Shown piece by piece: positions 26,623 to 38,062 of a DNA stretch of 64,000 nucleotides (the first letter of the stretch is position 1; every line of letters starts with the position of its first letter). Below the pieces are notes generated by a model. The model did no database searches. It was given only the letters and a program-made list of their open reading frames with translations, and was not told where the DNA came from. The stretch covers positions 640,001-704,000 of the forward strand of contig OY764216.1 of the NCBI GenBank assembly GCA_963668315.1, read 5' to 3'. Made by a program: the position numbers and the translations under genes. The stretch comes from Spirochaetia bacterium. GTDB taxonomy: Bacteria > Spirochaetota > Spirochaetia > DSM-2461.

Positions 26623-28296
26623 ATGAAAAAGAAAGTTCTTATGTTATCCGCACTCTGTCTCATCGCTTCTCTTCTGTCCGCCAACGGCAGCAAGGAAACC
26701 TCGGCAAGCGGCGACATAACGCTGACCCCCGTCGGAACCTACCCGATCGTTGAGGAGAAAACGGAGTTTTCCGTCTTCACGCCCTCCGACGCATCGGTCA
26801 TCGATTTCAAGACGAACGAGTTCACCAAATGGCTTGAGGAAAAAACGAATATCCATGTCAATTTCGAGGTTAGCCCCGAAGACGCGGTCAAGGAAAAAAT
26901 CACCCTGCTGCTGGCCAGCGGGGACTATCCCGACATTTTTATGAGAACCTATATCGATATGACGCCCGATATCGAGGCCCGCTACGGAATCAACGAAGGG
27001 GTTTTTCTTCCCCTGAACGACCTCATCGATGACAATATGGTCAATTTCAAAAAGATCATGAATGAGAATCCCGATATCCGGGGAAACATCACCCATATCG
27101 ACGGTAATATCTACAGCCTCCCCCGGGTCAATGACTGTTTTCACTGCAGTATGCCCATTAAAATGTGGATCAATAAAGCCTGGCTGGACAAAGCCGGTCT
27201 TGGGATTCCTGAAACAACCGAAGAGTTCTATAACGCCCTGACCTACTTCAAAGAGCACGATATGAACGGCAACGGCGACGCCAGCGACGAGATTCCCTTC
27301 GCCGGCGCCCGGGAACGGGAAGGCTGGTACGAAACGGTGGATTCCTTTGTGATGAACTCCTTTATTCAGGATAACGGCGACAACCTCAGGCTTCTCGTGG
27401 AAGACGGCGAAGTTTCGAGCATCGTCAATCAGGATAAATACAAGGAAGGCCTGAAATATCTGGCCAAGCTGTATAGGGAAGAACTGATCTACGGCCCCTC
27501 CTTCACCCAGAAGCATGAACAGCTCAGACAGCTGGCCAACCTGCCCGATATCCTCATCGGCGCCTTCCAGGCGGGACATAACCAGATGCTTTTCAGCGCC
27601 ACCGCCGATCCCGAGAGATACCGCCAGTACGTGCCCATCGCCCCTCTCGCCGGACCTGACGGGACACGGCAGGGCGCCTATTTCCCCGACAGCCCCTACC
27701 ACTCCGGCCAGTTCGTTATTACCGATAAGTGCGCCAGCCCCGAGGCAGCCATCAGATGGATTGATACCTTCTACACCATCGATACGGCCATCAGAGAGTG
27801 TGAGCGCGGCGGTATCGAAGGCAAGCAGTTCCGCTGGGCCGAACCGGGCGAAGTGGGCATGAACGGCAAACCGGCCATCTACAAAACCCTGGTTCCCCTC
27901 TCCATCGAACCCCAGAACGACAACTGGCACAACGGTTCCTACTACCCCAGAGATTTCCGTCTGGGTATGGTAACCGATCCCAGCATCGATCCCTTCTCTC
28001 CCGAAGGCCTTGAGAAACTGCTCTTCGAGACCACCAAGGATCTTTACGAGCCCTATATCAACCCCGACGTGCGAATCGCCCCCACCCTCAAGCTGACCGC
28101 GGAGGAAGCGGAAGAAACCAGTACGATCAAGGTTGAACTCCAGAACTATATCGAATCTTCCAAGACTAAGTTCATCATGAACCAGAGCGATATCGATAAA
28201 GAGTGGGACTCCTATCTGGCCGATCTGGAAAAAATCGGTTTGAGCGAGTACCTTGGTATAATGCAGAAGGCCTACGACAGACAGTTCAGCAAATAG
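26623..28296 (+). CDS. Carbohydrate ABC transporter solute-binding protein
   Basis: Signal peptide; LLLASGDYPD, WINKAWLDKAGL.IPETTEEF, DMNGNG..DEIP; AAGGAG RBS. Confidence 0.9.
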   Translation: MKKKVLMLSALCLIASLLSANGSKETSASGDITLTPVGTYPIVEEKTEFSVFTPSDASVIDFKTNEFTKWLEEKTNIHVNFEVSPEDAVKEKITLLLASGDYPDIFMRTYIDMTPDIEARYGINEGVFLPLNDLIDDNMVNFKKIMNENPDIRGNITHIDGNIYSLPRVNDCFHCSMPIKMWINKAWLDKAGLGIPETTEEFYNALTYFKEHDMNGNGDASDEIPFAGAREREGWYETVDSFVMNSFIQDNGDNLRLLVEDGEVSSIVNQDKYKEGLKYLAKLYREELIYGPSFTQKHEQLRQLANLPDILIGAFQAGHNQMLFSATADPERYRQYVPIAPLAGPDGTRQGAYFPDSPYHSGQFVITDKCASPEAAIRWIDTFYTIDTAIRECERGGIEGKQFRWAEPGEVGMNGKPAIYKTLVPLSIEPQNDNWHNGSYYPRDFRLGMVTDPSIDPFSPEGLEKLLFETTKDLYEPYINPDVRIAPTLKLTAEEAEETSTIKVELQNYIESSKTKFIMNQSDIDKEWDSYLADLEKIGLSEYLGIMQKAYDRQFSK

Positions 28297-28394
28297 AGTT
28301 TATTCGGCTGATGTAGTATAATAAACACAGCTTCGGCGGGCGGCGCATTAAGTCTCCCGCCGCGGTTGTTTATCCGAAAGAAAAGGAGTGTCGA

Positions 28395-30554
28395 TTGAAA
28401 AAAGACAGGGAACGGTGGCTATTCTATCCCCTGCTGCTGTCCGTGGCACTGATTATTATTCCTTCGATCATCTCCTTGATTTTTCTCATGAAATTCTCCC
28501 TTTCCCACTCCATCTCCACGGCAGAACAGTCCAATGAGCGTATGCTTCTCCAGATACGGGACCAGATCGAAAGCGTCTATGGAGAACTTGAGATGATATC
28601 GGCCTCCCTGGCAATGAACCCTTCGATCAACAGTCTGTACCGTGATCTGGCCAGAAACGATAATCCCGATTTTTTCAAGATTTACGAAACTCAGAAAAAA
28701 CTCCCCCGCTACGAACTCTCCAATAAGTATGTTCAGGGCGTGGATATTCTCTTTAAAAACGGCAATGTCGTCCTGAGCCCTTCCGGCTCCACCGTCGATT
28801 TTTACGGTTCCCTGAAGAACAAACTGACGTCCTCTCCGAACGGGCCGGACACCGATGAAATTCTCTGGGGGGAAAATTATCACAGCAGAATCATCAAAAC
28901 CAAGGACGGCCTCTGGTTTCTCTCCTCCTTTCCCTTCGGGGCGGGAACACCCAAGGCTCTTATCGTCATAAAGATAGATAAATCGGAATTTTACAGACTC
29001 CTCTCCTTTTTCGATGTGGGAGAAGAGGGCCAGATTGAAGTTATCGAAGGAAACGGGGGAACCTCCATCACCTATCCGGAGGAAACGAGGAATTTTGAAA
29101 CCTCGAAAATCCTGACTAACCGGGCCACGGCCCATAAGGGAACCTGGGAAGTCGTTTCACGAGTCCCCTATTCCTATGTTCTGAAATCGGTCAGATCCAC
29201 CAGAATTACCCTGCTGGCCGTTACCATCGCGAGTATTTCGCTTACCATGTTTCTCGGATTTCTCCTTCTGAAGTGGAATTCCCTCCCGATCATACGGCTT
29301 ATCGCCAAGCTGGACCCCGTCACCAATAAGGAAGCCTTGCGAACCGGCAGGGGGAACGGATACGAATTGATCAATTCGCGGGTTGACTCCATGCTGGCAG
29401 AAAGACAGTCAATAAAAAAGCAGCTGGCCATGCAGAAAAGCTTCCTCCAGCGGAGTTATCTCCTCAATCTGATAAGGGGAGATTACGGAGACAGAAGAGA
29501 ATCCCAGGAACTGGCCGAGATAGCTGGGCTCTCTTCTGATTTTTTCCCCGTTGCCCTTATCATCATCCAGAGCGCCGAAAGAAAGAGAAAAAGCGTGAAT
29601 TCCTACTCGCAGAGAGATAAAATGGGCGACATCACCTCCCGTTTTCTCACGGAGGACTTGAAAACGCCCGTTATTTTCTATCCTCTGGAAGAGGGGGGTC
29701 TGCTTTTTCTGATCAGCGTCTCCCATTTGAAAGATCCCCGGGAATCGCTGAAGAAGGAACTTCTTTTCCAACTTGAGAAGGAAGGACTGGCCCCCTTATC
29801 TATCTTCTATGGAGGGATCGGGGAGGATGCCGAAGAGATACATAACGCCTACTCCCGGGCGGAGCAGCTGGCCCAGACGACGGAGACAACCACCTCCGGT
29901 TTCTACAGCGTGGAAGATACAAGGGTCAACGTAAAAGCCTTTACCTATCCGGTGGAGTGGGAAGTCAAACTGCTGACCTATGTCAACGCGGGAAACAGGG
30001 TGAAAGCGGACGAACTCCTGGAGAAAATCGGCAGGGCCAACTTTCGTGAAAAGGACAACTGCCTGCTGGCCCAGCGCCACTTTATCTCCCTGCTCTACGG
30101 CACCCTTACCAGATGCACCTTAACCATCAAGGAATTGCCCGCCGAGATCCAGGACCCCTATGAATCTTTCAGTATCATCAGAGCCCGTCTTCTGGAGGTG
30201 GCAGAAAGCCATGCCAGAAAGAAAAGGGAGGAAGACGACGAACTGCGGGACACGATCCAGTCTTACATCAGGGCAAACTATTCCGACCCGGCCTTTACCC
30301 TCTATCACCTGGCCTCCTACACGGGTTTTTCAGAATCACTCCTTTACAATACCTTCAAGTCCCTTTTCGGACAGACATTTGCCTCCTATCTTGAGGCCCT
30401 GCGTATCAGCAAAAGCACGGAGCTGTTGGAAAAGGGAGAGAAAATCGTCGATACCGCCGCACTGACCGGATTCAATAACTCCCAGACCTTCCGAAGGGTT
30501 TTTAAAAGGAAAACGGGAATCACCCCCTCTAATTTTGTTAACTCTCTTTTCTGA
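28395..30554 (+). CDS. Membrane-anchored AraC-family regulator (YesS-like)
   Basis: TTG start with AAGGAG RBS; two TM segments; C-terminal GFNNSQTFRRVFKRKTGITP. Confidence 0.87.
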   Translation: MKKDRERWLFYPLLLSVALIIIPSIISLIFLMKFSLSHSISTAEQSNERMLLQIRDQIESVYGELEMISASLAMNPSINSLYRDLARNDNPDFFKIYETQKKLPRYELSNKYVQGVDILFKNGNVVLSPSGSTVDFYGSLKNKLTSSPNGPDTDEILWGENYHSRIIKTKDGLWFLSSFPFGAGTPKALIVIKIDKSEFYRLLSFFDVGEEGQIEVIEGNGGTSITYPEETRNFETSKILTNRATAHKGTWEVVSRVPYSYVLKSVRSTRITLLAVTIASISLTMFLGFLLLKWNSLPIIRLIAKLDPVTNKEALRTGRGNGYELINSRVDSMLAERQSIKKQLAMQKSFLQRSYLLNLIRGDYGDRRESQELAEIAGLSSDFFPVALIIIQSAERKRKSVNSYSQRDKMGDITSRFLTEDLKTPVIFYPLEEGGLLFLISVSHLKDPRESLKKELLFQLEKEGLAPLSIFYGGIGEDAEEIHNAYSRAEQLAQTTETTTSGFYSVEDTRVNVKAFTYPVEWEVKLLTYVNAGNRVKADELLEKIGRANFREKDNCLLAQRHFISLLYGTLTRCTLTIKELPAEIQDPYESFSIIRARLLEVAESHARKKREEDDELRDTIQSYIRANYSDPAFTLYHLASYTGFSESLLYNTFKSLFGQTFASYLEALRISKSTELLEKGEKIVDTAALTGFNNSQTFRRVFKRKTGITPSNFVNSLF

Positions 30555-30626
30555 TATTCTCTTATAACGACTTTTTCATATATTAAAACTTTACAATTCA
30601 TAAAAGTCATGGGAGAATAACGTCCT

Positions 30627-31814
30627 ATGAATAAAAACCGCATTCTCTCTATTCTCCGCTTTATTATCCTGCTCTGTCTCCTTGTCTTTACCACCGCCCA
30701 GGGAAGACTCCATCAGATTCTTAAAATCTATCCGGCCGTGGATGCCTTCTGTCCCTTCGGAGGCCTGGAATCGCTCTGGGCGCTCATACGCTACCAGGGC
30801 TTACTGAGACGCGTCGCCTGGAGCAGTATCATTCTGCTGGCCACGACCGTGGGAACGGCCCTGGTGTTCAGGCGCTCCTTCTGCGGAAATATCTGTCCCC
30901 TGGGATTCCTCCAGGAACTGTTCGGAATGGGAGGAAAGGCTGTTCTGAAAAGAAGGTTCAATCTTCCCGGGAGACTGGACCGGATTCTTCGTTATGCCAA
31001 GTATCCGGTACTTCTCCTCTTTCTGGGACTGGCCTGGAAAACACTCGCCCTGGCCATACGGCCCTACGATCCCTGGGTCGCCTATCATCACCTCGGTTCG
31101 GGAGAACTTTTCTCTGAATATCTGATCGGACTGATCATACTGGCGCTCTCCCTGGGAGGAGCTCTCTTTGTCGACAGACCTTTCTGCCGCTATCTCTGTC
31201 CCATGGGCGGTTTTCTTGCCCTGCCCTCTTTCCTGGGATTCAGCCGCATCCGCCGCAAAAGCGAAACCTGTATAGACTGCGGGATATGCGATGCCTCGTG
31301 CCCCATGGACATAGACGTGTCCTCAAGGGCGACGGTCAAATCGCCCGAATGCATCAGCTGCACCAAATGCGTTCAGGCCTGTCCCGTGGAGGGAACCCTG
31401 GAATTCTCTACGCCTTCATTCAGGGGAAAGTCCCAGAGGCTCCCCTCCGCTCTGATCCTCTTCGGAACACTGGGCATATTCCTTATCGTTCTCACGGCTG
31501 CGACTCTGACAGAAGACTTCCTGTGGAAGGCCGACACGGGCCTCGAAAGAAGACAGGAGAGACTTCTCTGGGGCCCCCAGCGGATCGGAGATGACAACAC
31601 GCCCGCCGAAGTCATCGGCATATATCAGATCCACCCCGACTATTTTGTCGAGACCTATGGCATCGAAAGGGAAGAGCAGTTCTATATGACCTTCGAAGAG
31701 CTGGGCATCAACGCCAGAGAACTGGGGCAGAATATCACGAAGCTGTTTCAGGATGCGGGCATGGATCCCCGGGCCCTTTTCGCCGGAGGCGGAGGCTGTT
31801 CGGAAGGCCATTGA
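30627..31814 (+). CDS. Membrane 4Fe-4S binding protein (NapH/MauN-like polyferredoxin)
   Basis: FCPFGG, FCGNICPLG, FCRYLCPMG and two CxxCxxCxxxCP motifs. Confidence 0.88.
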   Translation: MNKNRILSILRFIILLCLLVFTTAQGRLHQILKIYPAVDAFCPFGGLESLWALIRYQGLLRRVAWSSIILLATTVGTALVFRRSFCGNICPLGFLQELFGMGGKAVLKRRFNLPGRLDRILRYAKYPVLLLFLGLAWKTLALAIRPYDPWVAYHHLGSGELFSEYLIGLIILALSLGGALFVDRPFCRYLCPMGGFLALPSFLGFSRIRRKSETCIDCGICDASCPMDIDVSSRATVKSPECISCTKCVQACPVEGTLEFSTPSFRGKSQRLPSALILFGTLGIFLIVLTAATLTEDFLWKADTGLERRQERLLWGPQRIGDDNTPAEVIGIYQIHPDYFVETYGIEREEQFYMTFEELGINARELGQNITKLFQDAGMDPRALFAGGGGCSEGH

Positions 31815-31857
31815 TGCCCTCGGGAGCTCCTTCTCCGGGAGGGGTTCCTCTTTTTCT

Positions 31858-31886
31858 TTGACAGCCCCTGCTCCCCGTGATAAGAT
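31858..31886 (+). promoter_or_regulatory. Sigma70 promoter of the MCP gene
   Basis: TTGACA-N17-TAAGAT, directly after a hairpin plus T-tract terminator (31822-31855). Confidence 0.65.
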
Positions 31887-31928
31887 TTCACTGGTTCATT
31901 CAGACTAAATCAGTCGGGGATTGGTATT

Positions 31929-33815
31929 ATGTTGAATACAAAAAAACTGGCCCTTAATATCGCCTTGGTGAATTTTCTTCTCCCCGTTCTTCTGGGAGGT
32001 CTGATCAGGGAGATTATCGTCAGCCTCTTCAACCCCTTCGTCGATATGGGTTTCGCCGAAAGACTGGGATTCGGAATAAAACCGGTCATTCTTTCGGCCA
32101 CCGCTCTGTTCTCCCTGATCTGTCTCGGGCTGATTTTCCATATCCTTAAGCCTCTTTTCCAATACCTTAACAGGGGCATAAAAGAAGAAAGCGCCCGTAA
32201 ATCGGTACTGATCATCCCCTGGCTTCTCATTCTGTTTCATATAATCATCTGGATAATCGCCACCACCGCCATCTACGCCTTCGTATTTCACTGGAACAGT
32301 CCCGGCGGCGTGGGTTTTCTCACCAGTATGTTCAACTCCGTTTCCTTCGGCTTTCTGACCGGCCTGATGTCCGCCATGGCGATGAACGCCCTGCTGACAG
32401 CTCCCAAGAAAGAGTTGAATATGACGACGATCAAAGAGGGCGAGCGGAATATTTACCTCCGCTGGAAAAATCATCTCCTTATCCTTTCCCTCCTGATCCT
32501 GACGGGAAACTTCAGCGTCTACTGCATCTCCTTTTATATGAATTCCCCCTCCATCCCGCCGGCCCTGTCAAATCCGGCGGTCTCCGTCTTCTTTCTCATG
32601 CTCTTCTTCGCCGTCCTTTACTTCCTCATGAACCGATTCAGCCAGTACGAAGACCGGCGGCAGGAAGAACTCATGGCACAGAGACTGGATGAACTGAATG
32701 AGGCGGGTGGGGACCTGCAGAAGCGGATCGTCCTGATGAACTTTGACAACCTGGGAAAAATCTGCCACCGGTTCAACCGCTTCCTCGCGATTCTGACGGA
32801 GATGATCAAAGAGATAGGCAGGGCGGAACGGGACCTGGAAGAGAGCGGAATTAAACTGACGTCGGGAATAGAAGAGACCATGGAAAGCATGAAAGCCCTC
32901 AGCGACTCTTTCCTGGTGATGGACGAACATTTCAAACAGCAGCGGGAGCATGTTTCTCAAACCAGGGATAACACGGAACTGATCGAGAAATCCACCGAAG
33001 AGCTGGATATTCAGCTTCAGCAGCAGTCCGTTGTTATCTCCCAGTCCTCGGCGGCCATAGAGGAGATGATCAGCAATATCACCTCCATAACGAATAATCT
33101 CAAAAAGAACAGCGATCTCTTCGCTCACCTGAATGATCTTTCCGACGAAGGCCAGTCGCGCATGCACGGCGTTATGGAGAGCATCGGAGAATTTCAGGCC
33201 CAGGCGGCCAAACTGACCGAAGCGAACAATCTCATCGCCGGGATAGCCGCCCGCACGAATTTGCTGGCCATGAACGCCGCCATAGAAGCCGCCCATGCGG
33301 GAACGGCGGGGCGGGGATTCGCCGTGGTGGCCGAAGAGATCAGAAAACTGGCTGAGAATTCCACTCTCCGTTCCAAGGATGTCAGCGTCACTCTCAAAGA
33401 GACGGGGACCCTAATGAACCGCATAGCCGGGGATGTGGAAAATACCGATGCTTCCTTCGAACAGCTGCGGGAGAGGCTCGGATCGACGGGACAGCTCCAG
33501 CAGGAAATCATGTCCTCCATGGAGGAGCAGGAACTGGGAGGGCGGGTCGTTCTTTCGGGACTCGGCGGCCTGAAGGAACAAGCGGAGGAAGTGGAGAAAT
33601 CCGCCCGTGAGGTAAGAGAGAACACCCGGAATATTACCAGAAGCATGGAAGAGCTGAACCGCTGCTCACAGGATCTGGAAAACATCCTGACGGAAGTGAG
33701 CGAAGGGAGCGGCCGGATTCACGCTTCCATGGATAAGATAGGCAGTCTGGACAAAATCAACCGGAAGAACATCAGTTCCATCGGAAATAAAATCAATCGG
33801 TTTAAAACCGAATAA
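31929..33815 (+). CDS. Methyl-accepting chemotaxis protein with a multi-TM N-terminus
   Basis: [38 protein letters not shown] hairpin tip. Confidence 0.93.
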   Translation: MLNTKKLALNIALVNFLLPVLLGGLIREIIVSLFNPFVDMGFAERLGFGIKPVILSATALFSLICLGLIFHILKPLFQYLNRGIKEESARKSVLIIPWLLILFHIIIWIIATTAIYAFVFHWNSPGGVGFLTSMFNSVSFGFLTGLMSAMAMNALLTAPKKELNMTTIKEGERNIYLRWKNHLLILSLLILTGNFSVYCISFYMNSPSIPPALSNPAVSVFFLMLFFAVLYFLMNRFSQYEDRRQEELMAQRLDELNEAGGDLQKRIVLMNFDNLGKICHRFNRFLAILTEMIKEIGRAERDLEESGIKLTSGIEETMESMKALSDSFLVMDEHFKQQREHVSQTRDNTELIEKSTEELDIQLQQQSVVISQSSAAIEEMISNITSITNNLKKNSDLFAHLNDLSDEGQSRMHGVMESIGEFQAQAAKLTEANNLIAGIAARTNLLAMNAAIEAAHAGTAGRGFAVVAEEIRKLAENSTLRSKDVSVTLKETGTLMNRIAGDVENTDASFEQLRERLGSTGQLQQEIMSSMEEQELGGRVVLSGLGGLKEQAEEVEKSAREVRENTRNITRSMEELNRCSQDLENILTEVSEGSGRIHASMDKIGSLDKINRKNISSIGNKINRFKTE

Positions 33816-33989
33816 ACCTCAAAATTCTGCGAAACACTTGACGAATCCTCCCAAAGGGTTTACGTTTCTTTCAGTAGAAACATAATTTTTACGATACGCG
33901 GAAAATCCCCCGGGAAATGTACCGCTCACCCCGTAGGCCGGCCGAAACCCAGAATGAACTGTCCGCCTATGCAACCAAAGGAGTCTCTC

Positions 33990-34976
33990 ATGAAAAAAAC
34001 GCTTACCATTCTTTCGGCGCTGTTCCTGCTGGTTTTTTCTCTTGCCGCCAACGGTAAAGCCGATGACGGAACCGTTAAAATCGGTATTTCCAAGATCGTC
34101 GCTCATCCCGCTCTTGACGCCCTTGAACAGGGTATTGTGGAAGTGGTGTCGGAAACCTACCCCGATGCGGAATTCGATCTTCAGAACGCCAACGGAGAAA
34201 TCAGTACCGCCTCTTCCATCGCCCAGAAATTCAAAGCAGGCAAGGTAGACGCCGCCGTAGGCATCGCGACTCCCACCGCCCAGGCTCTTGTTCAGACGAT
34301 TACCGACTCCCCTGTCATCTTCGCCGCCGTTACCGACCCTGTGGGTGCCGGACTTATCACATCCACCGACAAAGGGGAAGGCAACGTGACCGGTGCTTCC
34401 GATATGATCCCCGTATTCGAGCAGATCAAACTCCTCAAGGAACTGACGGGCATGAAAGCTCTCGGTCACGTATACACCTCTTCGGAGGATAACTCTTCCG
34501 CCCTGGCCGCCCTGACCAAGGATGCCTGCGATAAACTGGGCGTGGAATTCATTCCCAGTTCGGTCAGCAATTCCGCCGAAGTAAAACAGGCGGCCCAGGC
34601 GATAGCCAGCCGGGTCGACGCCTACTATGTAACCACGGACAACACCGTTGTTTCCGCTCTTTCTGCTCTGACCGATGTGGCCGCTGCCAACGGACAGCCC
34701 GTATTTTCTGCCGACCCCACCAGCGTGGAAGCGGGAGATATTTTCATGGCCTGGGGCTTCGATTACTACAAAATGGGCAAGGCGACCGGCCGGCTCATCG
34801 TCGACATTCTCAAGGGGGCCGATCCCGATTCCATCCCCACCCTCTTCATGACCGATCCCTCCGATATTGACCTGTATATCAACATGGACGTGGCTGATAA
34901 ACTGGGTATCGCGATTCCCGAAAATCTTCAGGAGAATGCCTCCACCCTGATCAAAAACGGAGCGAACGTTAAATAA
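33990..34976 (+). CDS. ABC transporter substrate-binding protein (ABC_sub_bind family, putative aromatic amino acid binding)
   Basis: IVAHPALD, QNANG, IATPTAQA, AVTDPVGAG, NVTGASD, TDNTV; AAGGAG RBS. Confidence 0.88.
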   Translation: MKKTLTILSALFLLVFSLAANGKADDGTVKIGISKIVAHPALDALEQGIVEVVSETYPDAEFDLQNANGEISTASSIAQKFKAGKVDAAVGIATPTAQALVQTITDSPVIFAAVTDPVGAGLITSTDKGEGNVTGASDMIPVFEQIKLLKELTGMKALGHVYTSSEDNSSALAALTKDACDKLGVEFIPSSVSNSAEVKQAAQAIASRVDAYYVTTDNTVVSALSALTDVAAANGQPVFSADPTSVEAGDIFMAWGFDYYKMGKATGRLIVDILKGADPDSIPTLFMTDPSDIDLYINMDVADKLGIAIPENLQENASTLIKNGANVK

Positions 34977-35881
34977 TGATTGAAGGTATTCTTGTAGAGG
35001 GTCTGATCTACGGAATCATGGCCCTCGGCGTATTCATCACATTCCGCATACTGGACTTTCCCGATCTTTCCGTGGACGGAACGTTTCCCCTCGGCGCGGC
35101 GGTTATGGCTTCAACCCTTACCGCCGGCCTTCCCCCGCTCCTCTGCCTCCTGCTGGCCTTCATCGCCGGCGGTCTGGCGGGCATGCTCACGGCCCTGATC
35201 CATAACACGCTCAAGGTCCCGGGGCTTCTTGCCGGAATCTTGACCATGACCATGCTCTGGTCCATCAATATCAGGATTCTCGGCGGCAGGGCCAACCTGC
35301 CCCTCATGCGGGTGGAAACCATGCTTACCCGCTTTCAGGACAGCATGGGAGCCATTCTCTCCCAGCCGGCCGCCCTTCTCGTTTTCTGCTTCATTGCCGT
35401 TCTTATCGTCAAGCTGGTTCTGGATTTCTTTTTCCATACCGACCTGGGGCTGACTCTGGGAGCCATGGGTTTCAACGAACAGATGGTGATCGCCCAGGGT
35501 ATTGATCCCCGCACTCTTAAGTACATCGCCCTGGGGCTGGCCAACGGACTCGTCGCCATGTCAGGGGCCTTCGCCGCCCAGTACCAGGGATTCGCCGACG
35601 TCAATCTGGGGCAGGGCATCATTGTGTCGGGCCTCGCCATGGTTATGCTGGGCGAATTCATCCTCCGTTCCAATAAAATCGGATGGCTGACGACCCGGGT
35701 CATCCTTGGTTCCATCGCCTACCGGGCGATCATGTACGCCGGACGATATTACGGCTACTACATCAACCTGACGCCCAACGACCTCAAACTGATTACGGGA
35801 ATCCTCATTATAGCCGCTCTCTGGATCACAAAACTCCAGGATAAGAAAGGGGCGCTTAAGAAGGGGAAGGCGAAGAAATGA
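34976..35881 (+). CDS. ABC transporter permease
   Basis: ITFRILDFPDLSVDGTFPLG, LLAGILTM, AQYQGFADV.LG.G. Confidence 0.9.
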   Translation: MIEGILVEGLIYGIMALGVFITFRILDFPDLSVDGTFPLGAAVMASTLTAGLPPLLCLLLAFIAGGLAGMLTALIHNTLKVPGLLAGILTMTMLWSINIRILGGRANLPLMRVETMLTRFQDSMGAILSQPAALLVFCFIAVLIVKLVLDFFFHTDLGLTLGAMGFNEQMVIAQGIDPRTLKYIALGLANGLVAMSGAFAAQYQGFADVNLGQGIIVSGLAMVMLGEFILRSNKIGWLTTRVILGSIAYRAIMYAGRYYGYYINLTPNDLKLITGILIIAALWITKLQDKKGALKKGKAKK

Positions 35882-36669
35882 TAAAACTGCAAAACATACA
35901 TATGGTGTTCGGTATCGGTACCCCCGACGAGAATCATGTTCTGAACGATCTCTCCCTTCAGGTCAACAGGGGGGATTTCATAACGATCATCGGGTCGAAC
36001 GGAGCCGGAAAAAGCACCCTGTTCAATGTCATCTCCGGCAAATACACCCCTACTTCCGGCAAAGTCCTTTTCCAGGAAGGAGATGTCACCAATCTTCCCG
36101 AATACAGGCGGAGCCGGTATATCGGCCGGATTTTTCAGGATCCCCTGCTGGGAACAGCCGGCAATATGAGCCTGGAAGACAACATGGTCATCACCAGCAA
36201 AAAAGGCTTCAAGGGCCTGCGCGTCAGCCTGAACAACAAGCTGCGGGAAGAGTTCAAAAAAGAGCTGGTCCAGCTGGATATGAACCTCGAAAACCGCCTT
36301 TCCGACAATGTGGGAACCCTTTCGGGAGGACAGAGACAGGCTCTTACCCTCCTTACTACCGTTCTTTCCCAACCGGAAATACTCCTCCTTGACGAACATA
36401 CGGCCGCTCTGGATCCGAAGAACGCCTCAAAGGTGCTGGAACTGACCTGCCGTTTCATCGAAAAATACAGCCTGACGACCATGATGGTCACCCATAACAT
36501 GCAGCAGGCCATCGACTACGGCAATCGCCTCTTGATGCTTGATGCGGGGCAGGTGATTTTCGATGTTTCCGGTGATGAGAAGAAGAATCTCACCGTAGAC
36601 CAGCTGGTTAAAAAGTTCCACGAGATAAAGAAGAGCGATTTCCTTTCGGACGAAGCGCTTCTCTCCTGA
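35878..36669 (+). CDS. ABC transporter ATP-binding protein
   Basis: GSNGAGKST, LSGGQRQ, LLLDEHTAALDP. Confidence 0.93.
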   Translation: MIKLQNIHMVFGIGTPDENHVLNDLSLQVNRGDFITIIGSNGAGKSTLFNVISGKYTPTSGKVLFQEGDVTNLPEYRRSRYIGRIFQDPLLGTAGNMSLEDNMVITSKKGFKGLRVSLNNKLREEFKKELVQLDMNLENRLSDNVGTLSGGQRQALTLLTTVLSQPEILLLDEHTAALDPKNASKVLELTCRFIEKYSLTTMMVTHNMQQAIDYGNRLLMLDAGQVIFDVSGDEKKNLTVDQLVKKFHEIKKSDFLSDEALLS

Positions 36670-36696
36670 GAGACTTTTTCAATAACACAATTTCTT

Positions 36697-37938
36697 TTAT
36701 AACCCGGAATCCTGCAAGGCTGGATCCGGGTTATTTTTTCTCTTCGGAAGAACCAGACTAAGGGCGGTATAAAAAAAGGCCGCCGCCATAATTAGCGAAC
36801 AGATTCCCATAAGGGAGCGGGTGCCCAGGGCTTTTACGATAAGAGAGGAGGCCAGACCGTTCACAATGATGACCAGGGAGACGGCCACGGTATACAGATT
36901 CTGATAGGTGGCTTTCAGATGGGGCGGAGCTATCTGATTCAGAAGGGGGACTATCCCGTTTATGTGGAGACAGACGCCCAGGCCCATCAGCATCTGCACG
37001 ATTATATAGAAGGCGGGGCTCTCCACCTGGGGGAAAAGATAAAAGATGATGAACCTGAGTGCCTGGAGAAGAAGATCGAACAGGATAAGAAATTCGCTCC
37101 CCCACTTCTCCCTCAGAACATGTCCCTTGAAAAAGAAGGGGACCTCCAGAACGGCAGCCAGCCCGAAGGCCAGCCCCATCTGGGAGTAGGTCAGATTCAT
37201 CTCAGAAAGAAAAACGCCGGTAAAGGCAAATCCCATTCCGAAACTGATCATGCGTATAAAGGTCAGCACAATTAAAACACGAAGAACGCGGTCGCTCAGA
37301 AGATGTTCCCAGGAAAGATCGACCTTTTTCACCTCCGTGGAGAAACCGCTCAGAGAAATGAATCCCAGAACCGCAAAGACCAGACCGTACACGAGAATGG
37401 CATCCACAAGCCTTCCTGAAAAATCGAGCCAGCGGCCTACAAGGAGACAGCAGAGAATCCATCCGATAGACCCCAGAACCCGTATCCGGCCATAATAATC
37501 GGCATGGCCGTCCTGTTCCTCCAGAGCCTTAAGGGAGCCCGTATCGATGAGAGGAACCAGCGGCCTCAGAAAAAACTGGGTCATCACGGCTCCGGGCAGC
37601 AGGAGCCAGAGCCTCCGGAGGATCGTCATGTGGACAAAGGGCCCCAAACCGGGGATCACGACTACGGCCGTGCCCAGGGATACACCGAAGGCGCACAGGC
37701 TTATGAGGCGGTTCGTAATCTGATATTTATCGGCAATATATCCCGCCAGGAGGGGGGAGAAGAAAGCGACCAGAGCCTGGACAAGCAGTATGACGCCGAT
37801 ATATTCGTATTGGGGATTTCCCGAAAAATCCACCAGATGCTGCTTATAATAAAGGGTGAAGTAGTTTGCCCCGCCGGCCAGCGCGAAATAGTAGAGAAAC
37901 TGCATTAGTCCCGCCTGCCGTACAGCCGTGTTTTTCAT
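36697..37938 (-). CDS. MFS transporter (MFS_1_like / nucleoside-type)
   Basis: About 12 TM segments; GYIADK, YGRIRVLGSIGW, EVPFFF. Confidence 0.85.
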   Translation of the reverse strand: MKNTAVRQAGLMQFLYYFALAGGANYFTLYYKQHLVDFSGNPQYEYIGVILLVQALVAFFSPLLAGYIADKYQITNRLISLCAFGVSLGTAVVVIPGLGPFVHMTILRRLWLLLPGAVMTQFFLRPLVPLIDTGSLKALEEQDGHADYYGRIRVLGSIGWILCCLLVGRWLDFSGRLVDAILVYGLVFAVLGFISLSGFSTEVKKVDLSWEHLLSDRVLRVLIVLTFIRMISFGMGFAFTGVFLSEMNLTYSQMGLAFGLAAVLEVPFFFKGHVLREKWGSEFLILFDLLLQALRFIIFYLFPQVESPAFYIIVQMLMGLGVCLHINGIVPLLNQIAPPHLKATYQNLYTVAVSLVIIVNGLASSLIVKALGTRSLMGICSLIMAAAFFYTALSLVLPKRKNNPDPALQDSGL

Positions 37939-38013
37939 TACTACCCCCCGCCTTCCCACCGAAACCCGGTCTAACTATACGCGGTTGACTACTGATGAAC
38001 AATCCCCCGGCAT

Positions 38014-38043
38014 AAAAAAAGCCCCGATGATACCGGGGCTTTT
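38014..38043. terminator. Intrinsic terminator (bidirectional type) downstream of the YccA gene
   Basis: A7-GCCCCG-loop-CGGGGC-TTTT. Confidence 0.8.
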
Positions 38044-38062
38044 CTCATATATGAAAGGAAGA

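Noticed and set aside
30569..30608. GACTTTT...AAAAGTC inverted repeat upstream of the 4Fe-4S gene
   Set aside because: Short arms in AT-rich DNA with a long spacer; could be chance.
33838..33989. T-box or attenuator in the ~120-nt leader of the putative aromatic amino acid ABC operon
   Set aside because: No GGTGGNACCGCG T-box, no terminator U-tract and no Trp/Tyr-rich short uORF; only a promoter (TTGACG-17-TACGTT) and a weak hairpin.
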